In this document: in pieces, positions 1 to 6,802 of the stretch | How the letters are laid out: each line of letters starts with the position of its first letter | How positions within the stretch are numbered: the stretch's first letter is position 1 | Source of the DNA: Candidatus Helarchaeota archaeon | GTDB taxonomy: Archaea > Asgardarchaeota > Lokiarchaeia > Helarchaeales > RDOG01 | Direction: 5' to 3' | Length of the DNA: 12,506 bases | Assembly (NCBI GenBank): GCA_029838215.1 | Contig: JALGVI010000084.1 | Location: 1-12,506 of the forward strand | Notes under the pieces: model-generated | Seen by the model: the letters and a program-made list of their open reading frames with translations, nothing else | The model's database searches: none | Told to the model about the DNA's origin: nothing | Program-made: the position numbers and the translations under genes

Positions 1-455
1 GAAAAATCCTTGTCCCTGATGACTTCGATTAATCTCATCAAGTGATAGAACGTGTTGACAATTGCCGCAAGAATCATGGTTCCGGCAAAAATGGATATAC
101 CGAGAAGCACCTCAAAGCCCGAGCCTGCAAGATAATAATAATCCGTCAACCCGATCATTCCAAAGCCGCCAAAGACATAAAATAAAAAAACACCGGAATA
201 AATGGCGGCAAAAATGCTGAGCAAGTTATAGATCTTGGTTTTTTTTGGAAAGGCGTTTTTTATGAATGCGATTAATGATTGAAAGCTACCAAAAATGAGC
301 AACGTGATGATGAATGCAGGATTGAGATTTATCAGAAAAACGGTTTGAAGCATGTAAAAAGCGGTTATCGGCAGGATGATGAAAAAAATTACGTTTATAC
401 TTCCAAAAATTAGGCAACTCCAAACCTGAAAACCTTTAGATTCCCGTTTGCTCAT
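1..455 (-). CDS. Hypothetical integral membrane protein (about 4 TM helices), 3'-truncated by the window edge; absent from ORF track
   Basis: Manual translation from ATG at 455: MSKRESKGFQVWSCLIFGSINVIFFIILPITAFYMLQTVFLINLNPAFIITLLIFGSFQSLIAFIKNAFPKKTKIYNLLSIFAAIYSGVFLFYVFGGFGMIGLTDYYYLAGSGFEVLLGISIFAGTMILAAIVNTFYHLMRLIEVIRDKDF. 151 codons with no stop and several long hydrophobic stretches. Confidence 0.85.
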   Translation of the reverse strand, partial: MSKRESKGFQVWSCLIFGSINVIFFIILPITAFYMLQTVFLINLNPAFIITLLIFGSFQSLIAFIKNAFPKKTKIYNLLSIFAAIYSGVFLFYVFGGFGMIGLTDYYYLAGSGFEVLLGISIFAGTMILAAIVNTFYHLMRLIEVIRDKDF

Positions 456-584
456 TATCTAGTAATGAACAATCTGAGATATTAATGCTTTTTCGTTCAA
501 GTCAATAAATCTTGCATGATTCATCAGACTAATGATTAATATCTGATGATGATTATTAAAATGCAGAAAAAATTGAGTGATTGA

Positions 585-1121
585 ATGACCACGAATTATG
601 ATCTATACCGCATTCTTGAGGTCAATCCTTCGGCTTCACAAGAGGAAATCAAAAAAGCATATCGGATTCTAGCAAAAAAATACCATCCCGATTTAAATCC
701 GGGTAAACATCATGAAGAGCGTCTTAAATTAATCAATGTTGCCTATGATATTTTAGGTGACAAGGCAAAGCGTGAGAAATACGATTTCATGCGTCGATAT
801 GGAGCTTTTGACCAAAATGTATATGCGTCAAATTTTAACACGCAATACGTGTCCTTTGATGAATATTTATCGCGCATGATGAAAGAAATGGAGAACATGA
901 GTTCGGAAGAGCTCCAAGCATATTTGAATGCTCAACTCAACATTTTATATAATCAATTTATTGCTGCAATCCAGCAAGGATTCAGGCAATTTGGTGAAAA
1001 TATTCAGCGAACAGTTTCATTTGGTCGAGAGCGATTGCGGACTCTGACGCATTTATTCTTTCCGAGAATATCCAAGATATTTTTTTCAGCCAACAAAAAG
1101 AATAAGAAAGATAATAAGTGA
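585..1121 (+). CDS. J-domain (DnaJ-like, class C) co-chaperone
   Basis: N-terminal J domain ([35 protein letters not shown]...[21 protein letters not shown]) with intact HPD motif. No G/F-rich region or CxxCxGxG repeats. Confidence 0.9.
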   Translation: MTTNYDLYRILEVNPSASQEEIKKAYRILAKKYHPDLNPGKHHEERLKLINVAYDILGDKAKREKYDFMRRYGAFDQNVYASNFNTQYVSFDEYLSRMMKEMENMSSEELQAYLNAQLNILYNQFIAAIQQGFRQFGENIQRTVSFGRERLRTLTHLFFPRISKIFFSANKKNKKDNK

Positions 1122-1182
1122 GACGACGAATAAACCAAATATTTTAATGCAATATGGTGAATTATTTGAAATATCATATCAT

Positions 1183-1200
1183 GCATTTAATTCTAAATGC
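1183..1200. promoter_or_regulatory. 7-4-7 inverted repeat upstream of the OsmC pair, candidate operator
   Basis: GCATTTA-ATTC-TAAATGC, ending 27 nt before ATG 1228. Operator role is inference only. Confidence 0.25.
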
Positions 1201-1227
1201 GTTTTGATCTATTTACGAGGATGACCA

Positions 1228-1680
1228 ATGCCAGCTCGAGCCTTCGCAAGATGGGTAGACCGATTAGGATTTCGAATTAAAATCAAGGAATTCCCTGAGA
1301 TCTTTTCGGACGAGCCCCCTGAATTTCATGGCGATGATCGTGGTCCTTCGAGCGTAGAAATGCTCCTTGCAGCTGTTGCTGCTTGTCAAGGCACGTCATT
1401 TGCATATGCAATTGAGAAGTACGAGGCCCAGATCAAGGACATGACCATTTGTGTCACGGGAAGAATGACACACATTCAAGAAAAGCGGGGGAAATTGCTA
1501 CGAGTCGTACATGTTGATGTAGATTTTAAAATCGAACCGGAAGATACCTCTGAAGATAACCTTGAAAATATTGAATTGGCATTCCGTGCGTTTAAAAAAC
1601 ATTGCGTGGTAACGGAAAGCATCATTCGTGGAATTACGGCTGACATTAATTATGAAATTGGAAAGATAAATGGAAATTAA
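1228..1680 (+). CDS. OsmC/Ohr-family (YhfA-like) protein, paralogue 1
   Basis: DEPP-x2-GDDRGPSSVEMLL motif and two conserved Cys (AAC, KHCVV); 150 aa; SD GAGG at 1217-1220. Confidence 0.9.
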   Translation: MPARAFARWVDRLGFRIKIKEFPEIFSDEPPEFHGDDRGPSSVEMLLAAVAACQGTSFAYAIEKYEAQIKDMTICVTGRMTHIQEKRGKLLRVVHVDVDFKIEPEDTSEDNLENIELAFRAFKKHCVVTESIIRGITADINYEIGKINGN

Positions 1681-1703
1681 CGTGAGAAAAGAAATCCGTT
1701 GGG

Positions 1704-2165
1704 GTGAGTGATATTCCTATTAAAGCAAGATTAAAGTGGCTCAGCAATTTAGGTTTTGAAGCTAAAATCAAAGAATTTCCACCAATCATCTTAGATGAAC
1801 CCCCCGATTTTAAGGGTGATGACCGCGGTCCTTCCGCCGTAGAAATGTTATTAGTTGGGATCGGAGGTTGCATTGGCACGTCATTTGTTTATTGTCTCAA
1901 GCGTTTTGGCGTTAAGTTCAAAGCTCTTGATTTGGATGTCTCAGGAGAAATTCATCACGTGCCACCAGACCTGTTGCTCCGAATCACGCGGACGCACATC
2001 GTGCTAAAAATAACGCCTTTAACAGATTCTCAAGAGGATCGAGAACAGATAGAAAGTTGTTTTGATTACTTTGCAAAATATTGCATTGTTAGCAAGAGCG
2101 TGGAGAAAGGGATTCCTTTTGATCTCGATTTAAATTTTGCGGAACCTGCTGGAACATCTGGATGA
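1704..2165 (+). CDS. OsmC/Ohr-family (YhfA-like) protein, paralogue 2 (start uncertain: GTG 1704 or ATT 1713)
   Basis: DEPPDFKGDDRGPSAVEMLL motif and two conserved Cys (GGC, YCIVS); clearly paralogous to the upstream gene. Confidence 0.9.
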   Translation: MSDIPIKARLKWLSNLGFEAKIKEFPPIILDEPPDFKGDDRGPSAVEMLLVGIGGCIGTSFVYCLKRFGVKFKALDLDVSGEIHHVPPDLLLRITRTHIVLKITPLTDSQEDREQIESCFDYFAKYCIVSKSVEKGIPFDLDLNFAEPAGTSG

Positions 2166-2240
2166 ATTTCAAATTTTGATTTTATTTTACATTTGGAATC
2201 ACGAAATGGTATTTCCATTTAAAATATCGATTTTAAGGGA

Positions 2241-3311
2241 GTGAAAGTAACGGACCTGTCATTACTGCGGAAACTTGTTGAAACAGATGCTGCTCCGGGA
2301 TTTGAACATCCATTAAAAACAGTAATAAAACAAGAACTTGAATCGAGTTCGGTCGAATTTCGAGATGACGTTCTAGGAAATCTTTTTTGTTTGAAAGAAG
2401 GAAAATCAGATGGTCCTGCGATCATGATCGTGGCTCACATGGATGAGATCGGGATGATCGTCAGGTATATTGATAAAAATGGTTACTTGCGATTTGGCTA
2501 TTTAGGAGGATTTTTAGATCAGGTGGTCCTCTCGCAGCGGGTGACCGTGTGGACTAAAAATGGCCCAATTCCAGGAATAATTGGAGCAAAAGCTCCACAT
2601 TCGACGAAAGAAGATGAACGAAAAAAAATCGTCGATAAGGACCAAATGTTCATCGATATCGGGACGAGATCAAAAAATGAAACAATTAAAGCAGGAGTGA
2701 AAATAGGCGATCCGATCATATGGCAGGGATCTCTGATAGAGTTACAAGGACAGACGATTTGCGGGAAAGCTTTTGATAATCGATTATTGGTTTACGTTTT
2801 AGTTGAGGTTCTCAAACAAATTACGGATTTTGCAGGCAAAATAATTGGAGTTTTTTCCGTGATGGAGGAGATTGGACTGCGAGGTGCGAAAACCGCGGCC
2901 TTTCAAGTTGATCCTGACCTGGCACTCTCATTGGACATTGCACTCGCCGGAGATTATCCGCTCATCAAGGAGCAAGAATCACCCATCAAACTTGATGGCG
3001 GTCCTACGATCATGATGGCTTGTGGTTCTCGGCGAAGCCTACAAGGTGGATTGGTGACGCATCCTAAAATCAAGGAATTTTTAATTCAAACCGCAGAGAA
3101 ACACCACATTCCATATCAACTTGAAATAATGTTGGGTGGAGCAGTAGATGGTAGTGTCATTGCCCTTTCAAAGTCTGGCATTCCAACGGGAAATATAGGA
3201 ATTCCGACAAGATATGTCCATTCCCCTGCAGAAGTTGCATCCATGACCGACGTCGAACTCGGAATAAAATTACTTTTAGCCGTCATTCAAGACATGAAAG
3301 AATTCTTTTAA
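2241..3311 (+). CDS. M42-family (TET-type) metallo-aminopeptidase
   Basis: Metal-binding and catalytic motifs AHMDEIG, FDNR, MEEIGLRGA, D of LDIA and YVHSPAE; 356 aa. Confidence 0.92.
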   Translation: MKVTDLSLLRKLVETDAAPGFEHPLKTVIKQELESSSVEFRDDVLGNLFCLKEGKSDGPAIMIVAHMDEIGMIVRYIDKNGYLRFGYLGGFLDQVVLSQRVTVWTKNGPIPGIIGAKAPHSTKEDERKKIVDKDQMFIDIGTRSKNETIKAGVKIGDPIIWQGSLIELQGQTICGKAFDNRLLVYVLVEVLKQITDFAGKIIGVFSVMEEIGLRGAKTAAFQVDPDLALSLDIALAGDYPLIKEQESPIKLDGGPTIMMACGSRRSLQGGLVTHPKIKEFLIQTAEKHHIPYQLEIMLGGAVDGSVIALSKSGIPTGNIGIPTRYVHSPAEVASMTDVELGIKLLLAVIQDMKEFF

Positions 3312-3326
3312 TGGTGATAAACAACC

Positions 3327-4109
3327 TTGATCCTTACGAGATTAATCGAGCGGGCAAAAAAGAATAATGCAACAGTTGGGATTGGATTGGGACTCAATCC
3401 AGAAACCATTAGGAAAATAGAAGCTGCTAAAAAAAAGGTAGAAGCCAGAAAATTAGCAGTAGTCGTCCCAATGAGAAAGGAATCGGAAATCATCTCTGGA
3501 TTGTTTAATGGAAAAATAGATGCTGCCGTGCGAGGAGGACTCGGGTCCCATACATTTATAAAATCTTTGAAAAATTCCCTGAATAAATCTAAATTCTACC
3601 GGCTGGCACTCTTAGAGACATCTGATGGGCATCAATTTTTTTATGCGCCAGTTGGCATCGATGAGGGAAGGACGCTTGAAGATAAAAAGGAGTTCATCCT
3701 GAAGGGATGCGACCTTCTTAGAATGCTTAAAATAACGCCAAAAGTTGCCATTTTATCAGGCGGTCGAGCGGATGATAAAGGGCGAGATCCGCTAGTTGAT
3801 AATACAATTGAGATCGCAAACCAGTTACTCAAGCACGTGAAGAAACAATTAAATCACGACATTCAAAATTACAATATACTAATTGAGGACGCAATACGAG
3901 AAAAATGCAATTTGATATTGGCTCCCGAAGGGATGAGCGGCAACTTGATCTATCGAACTTTGGTTCATCTAGGTAAGGGAAAATCCCATGGAGCCCTCTA
4001 TTTAGGGGAGGATAAAATCATCATCGATACGTCAAGAGTAGCACCCGAAAATGAATACAAGAGTGCTTTAATCTTTGCCAGTGGAATGAAAACAAGTTAT
4101 GAGACGTGA
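3327..4109 (+). CDS. mtxX: MtxX / methanogenesis marker protein 4 (phosphate acyltransferase-like fold)
   Basis: Family motifs recognised: DAAVRGGL, RLALLET, FFYAPVGIDEG, VAILSGGRADDKGRD, ILIEDA, APEGMSGNLIYRTLVHLG, IDTSR. TTG start with GGTGAT upstream. Confidence 0.8.
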   Translation: MILTRLIERAKKNNATVGIGLGLNPETIRKIEAAKKKVEARKLAVVVPMRKESEIISGLFNGKIDAAVRGGLGSHTFIKSLKNSLNKSKFYRLALLETSDGHQFFYAPVGIDEGRTLEDKKEFILKGCDLLRMLKITPKVAILSGGRADDKGRDPLVDNTIEIANQLLKHVKKQLNHDIQNYNILIEDAIREKCNLILAPEGMSGNLIYRTLVHLGKGKSHGALYLGEDKIIIDTSRVAPENEYKSALIFASGMKTSYET

Positions 4110-4191
4110 TAATATAATTAATTACAAGAAAAAACTTACTTCATTGAAAAGAAGCTATCGAAAGCTAATTAAATTAAGATTATCATTAAAT

Positions 4192-4210
4192 ATTGAATGA
4201 CCAATTCAAT
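4192..4210. promoter_or_regulatory. 7-5-7 inverted repeat upstream of thioredoxin, candidate operator
   Basis: ATTGAAT-GACCA-ATTCAAT, ending 27 nt before ATG 4238. Operator role is inference only. Confidence 0.25.
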
Positions 4211-4237
4211 GATCATGACGTTGTTTGAGGTAAGAAA

Positions 4238-4603
4238 ATGAGCGAAAAGAAACTCACAATTGACTTGTTAGAGGAAGTACTTAACAAAAAATTCAAGGGG
4301 AAACCAACTCTCGTGGATTTATGGGCTGAATGGTGCGGACCGTGCAGATTCATAGGAAAAACCGTTCACGAATTAGAAGAGAAACATAAAGATAACTTGA
4401 ATGTTGTTCAAGTAGATACCGAAACTCCAGAAGGAAATAGAATTTTTATGGAATATGCAATGAAAGCATATGGAATCAATGCAATCCCTTTTCTAATAGT
4501 TTTTGATGAAGATGGAAAGGAATACGATCATCTATTGGGAGCATCTCCCCCTAAATTAGTAAACATGGTCGAAGGAGCCGTAAATTCCTACACGGGCAAG
4601 TAA
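4238..4603 (+). CDS. trxA: Thioredoxin
   Basis: DLWAEWCGPC active site and cis-Pro motif (NAIPF); 121 aa; SD GAGGT at 4227-4231. Confidence 0.93.
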   Translation: MSEKKLTIDLLEEVLNKKFKGKPTLVDLWAEWCGPCRFIGKTVHELEEKHKDNLNVVQVDTETPEGNRIFMEYAMKAYGINAIPFLIVFDEDGKEYDHLLGASPPKLVNMVEGAVNSYTGK

Positions 4604-4626
4604 AAATCTTTAAAAAACATCATCTG

Positions 4627-4642
4627 TTTTTTATTTTAATTT
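4627..4642 (+). terminator. U-rich tract after thioredoxin, possible archaeal intrinsic terminator
   Basis: TTTTTTATTTTAATTT about 25 nt after the stop codon, in the gap between convergent genes. Confidence 0.4.
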
Positions 4643-4673
4643 GATAAGTTCCTGAAGAGAACAATCACGAACG

Positions 4674-4680
4674 AAAAAAA
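4674..4680 (-). terminator. U7 tract after aIF1, possible archaeal intrinsic terminator
   Basis: A7 on the + strand (T7 on -), about 23 nt after the aIF1 stop. Confidence 0.35.
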
Positions 4681-4702
4681 TTCGTAAGTGAATTAAGATA
4701 GA

Positions 4703-5002
4703 TCATTGTATGACGATGTTAGATTCAGAAATGCCGATATCTTTTAAAAATTGACGGACCACGTTCCTATGATCTCCTTGCAATTCTATGTGATCCTTCT
4801 TTTTGGTACCGCCACAGGCACATTTTGCTTTTAATTGATTGACAAAACTTTTCATATCGGACTTTTCGATGCCTTCAATAAGCGTTACCGTGCGGCCGTA
4901 TTTTCGTCGTTCCACCTTGACCTTTATCACGTTCTCTTCCTTATCGATTTCTTCGCACATGCATAAATCTTTTGGAAGTGAGCATTTAGGGCAAATCTCT
5001 AT
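4703..5002 (-). CDS. sui1: Translation initiation factor aIF1 (SUI1/eIF1 family); true start probably the near-cognate codon ATA at 5002, not ATG 4960
   Basis: SUI1 motifs KVERRKYGRTVTLIEG, LKAKCACGGT and IELQGDHR. The in-frame extension upstream of ATG 4960 encodes (V)IEICPKCSLPKDLC, the typical archaeal aIF1 N-terminal Cys segment, and is bounded by in-frame TAA at 5008-5006. Gene identity is very secure; the start position is inferred. Confidence 0.92.
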   Translation of the reverse strand: MEICPKCSLPKDLCMCEEIDKEENVIKVKVERRKYGRTVTLIEGIEKSDMKSFVNQLKAKCACGGTKKKDHIELQGDHRNVVRQFLKDIGISESNIVIQ

Positions 5003-5011
5003 AACTTATCT

Positions 5012-5016
5012 CTCCT
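5012..5016 (-). promoter_or_regulatory. Shine-Dalgarno site of aIF1 (AGGAG)
   Basis: The minus strand reads AAGGAGAGATAAGTT-ATA. There are 9 nt from the last G of GGAG to ATA, matching the 8-9 nt spacing at ATG starts 1228, 4238, 5171 and 9364. Confidence 0.7.
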
Positions 5017-5086
5017 TTATCCGTAATACATCAGCTAGATCGAGTGTTCTATTATAACTACTGAAATATTCTAAACGTTTCTCTTT

Positions 5087-5100
5087 TATATAAATTTCTC
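5087..5100 (-). promoter_or_regulatory. Archaeal BRE-TATA promoter for aIF1
   Basis: The minus strand reads GAGAAA-TTTATATA (purine-rich BRE plus TATA box). Predicted transcription start is around 5060-5065, giving a leadered mRNA that includes the SD. Confidence 0.6.
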
Positions 5101-5170
5101 TCTTTAAAATTACGGAAAATTATTGACTTTCGCAAATTCCATTTCTCTGATTCGTCTGGAGTTAAAAAAC

Positions 5171-6760
5171 ATGGATTTTTTGATTGTTGATGCGCTGAGT
5201 GCAGGAAAAGGGCACCGTCGGTTCACGCGGGATGTAATTGGTTGTGGACCGCGGTTGATTGCAGGGTTAATTGAAAATAAATTCGGGCATCACGTCAAAA
5301 TATCATTTAGCGAACACGTTAACCTCGATTTGTTAAATAAATTTGATGTGTTGTTTATTAGTGCAATGAGCATGGATTTAGTTGTAACAAAAAGAATTGC
5401 TCAAAAATGGCGGCGAAATAAAAAGGATGCTCTTATTGTAATAGGCGGACCAATCACAAACGATCCTTGCCAAGTTCTTTCAAGAATTCAAGCAGATATT
5501 GCAATTATAGGGGAAGCGGAACACACAATCTTAGAACTCTTTGCAAAAGACGTGTTTGATTCACCGAACAAACTAGAAATGGAATCACTGGGAGAGATCT
5601 CAGGAATTGCTTTTAAGACCGAACGAGAAATCATCATCAATCCTTCTCGAAAAGCACTTACAAAAGCAGAATTTAATTTATTTCGACCTTCCATCGAACG
5701 TATTCAAGATTATCCGAATCATGCAACGGGTCGCGTTTATGTTGAGTGCGTCAGGGGATGCTCGAATTTTCTGCGTACCAAGGTTTTTCTTCCTGATGGA
5801 AAAAAATGCCAAGATTGCAACCGATGCAAGGGCTCGCTTACGGAGCGGCTCACGTGTCCCGAATCAATACCTCCCGGATGTGGTTTTTGTTCAGTTCCTG
5901 CAACTTTTGGACCACCAAAAAGCCGAAGTTTTGAGAACATAACGTGGGAAATCTCTGAACTAACGAAGCTTGGTGTTAAAAGAATTGTTTTAAGTGCTCC
6001 TGATTTTTTGGATTATCAAAGAGAAGCACAGGTTTATCCCGAACCTTTAACAAACCCAAGTTACCCTCCGGCAAATATATCTAAATTAGAAGAACTTTTA
6101 GATGGGCTTCAATCCTTGCCATGCATTAAGTCGGGAAAAGCACGTGTTTTCATTGAAAATGTCAAGGCTTGCCTAATGACCGAAGAAATAGTCTCTTTAA
6201 TTGCGCGATATCTTCCGGGTACAGTCCTCTCCATGGGATGTGAAAGTGGATCAGAAGTCCAACTTCGAGTGCTTGGAAAGCCTTCATTTCCTTCCGATTT
6301 CTTAAGGGTTGCACGATTGTTGAAAAAACACGGGTTAGGACTTAATGCATACTTCATTCATGGACTACCTGGTGAAGACAAACAGGTTATTAAACAGACT
6401 AAGGAACTAATTGGTAAATTGTCAAAAATTGGTCTTGATAAAATCACTTATTATAAATTCAGCCCATTGCCAGGGACAGCGTTCCAAGATTTTGTGCCGA
6501 AATCATCTCGTGAATCAAAAATGCTTTCAAATTACGTCATTAAAATAAATCGTGAATTAAAAAAGAAGTACATTGGAAAAATCCTTGAAGTCATGATAAT
6601 GGAAACACACGATAAGAATCCAACGATAGGGATGGGGCGCATTTTAACGGGTGGGCCAACAGTCCTCGTTCCCAGTGCGGGCAATTTAATCGGTAAGGTC
6701 ATACAAGTCCGAATAACTGCCATTTTATCAGATCGGTTAATAAAGGGGAAAATTCTTTAA
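5171..6760 (+). CDS. Radical SAM protein with B12-binding-like N-terminal domain and C-terminal TRAM domain; CxxxCxxC motif split by a Cys-rich insertion
   Basis: N-terminus has LFISAMS...IVIGGPI...DIAIIGEAE; radical SAM core is VRGC-x39-CGFC with SMGCESGS and YFIHGLPGE; C-terminus has TRAM-like IGKVIQVRITAI. ATG 5171 has SD GGAG 9 nt upstream, so it is preferred over the track's TTG 5123. Confidence 0.85.
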   Translation: MDFLIVDALSAGKGHRRFTRDVIGCGPRLIAGLIENKFGHHVKISFSEHVNLDLLNKFDVLFISAMSMDLVVTKRIAQKWRRNKKDALIVIGGPITNDPCQVLSRIQADIAIIGEAEHTILELFAKDVFDSPNKLEMESLGEISGIAFKTEREIIINPSRKALTKAEFNLFRPSIERIQDYPNHATGRVYVECVRGCSNFLRTKVFLPDGKKCQDCNRCKGSLTERLTCPESIPPGCGFCSVPATFGPPKSRSFENITWEISELTKLGVKRIVLSAPDFLDYQREAQVYPEPLTNPSYPPANISKLEELLDGLQSLPCIKSGKARVFIENVKACLMTEEIVSLIARYLPGTVLSMGCESGSEVQLRVLGKPSFPSDFLRVARLLKKHGLGLNAYFIHGLPGEDKQVIKQTKELIGKLSKIGLDKITYYKFSPLPGTAFQDFVPKSSRESKMLSNYVIKINRELKKKYIGKILEVMIMETHDKNPTIGMGRILTGGPTVLVPSAGNLIGKVIQVRITAILSDRLIKGKIL

Positions 6761-6802
6761 TTTTCTCTAAAAAAATGAAATGATATCAAGATTTGCTAAT
6801 AG

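Noticed and set aside
477-549. Inverted repeats between the membrane-protein and J-domain genes (AGATATTAAT/ATTAATATCT; TCATCAGA/TCTGATGA)
   Set aside because: Long, irregular spacers in very AT-rich DNA; plausibly chance or divergent TATA-like elements, with no supporting evidence.
2199-2236. Small palindromes upstream of the M42 gene (AAATGG/CCATTT; TTAAAAT/ATTTTAA)
   Set aside because: Low-complexity AT sequence that does not match the other palindromes.
4703-4960. ORF-track 85-aa version of aIF1 starting at ATG 4960
   Set aside because: It cuts through the conserved Cys segment (DLC-M-C), has no SD, and leaves the upstream SD and conserved coding sequence unexplained.
5123-5170. TTG-initiated 16-aa N-terminal extension of the radical SAM protein
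   Set aside because: ATG 5171 has a well-spaced GGAG SD and begins the recognisable domain; the extension lies in AT-rich promoter-like DNA.
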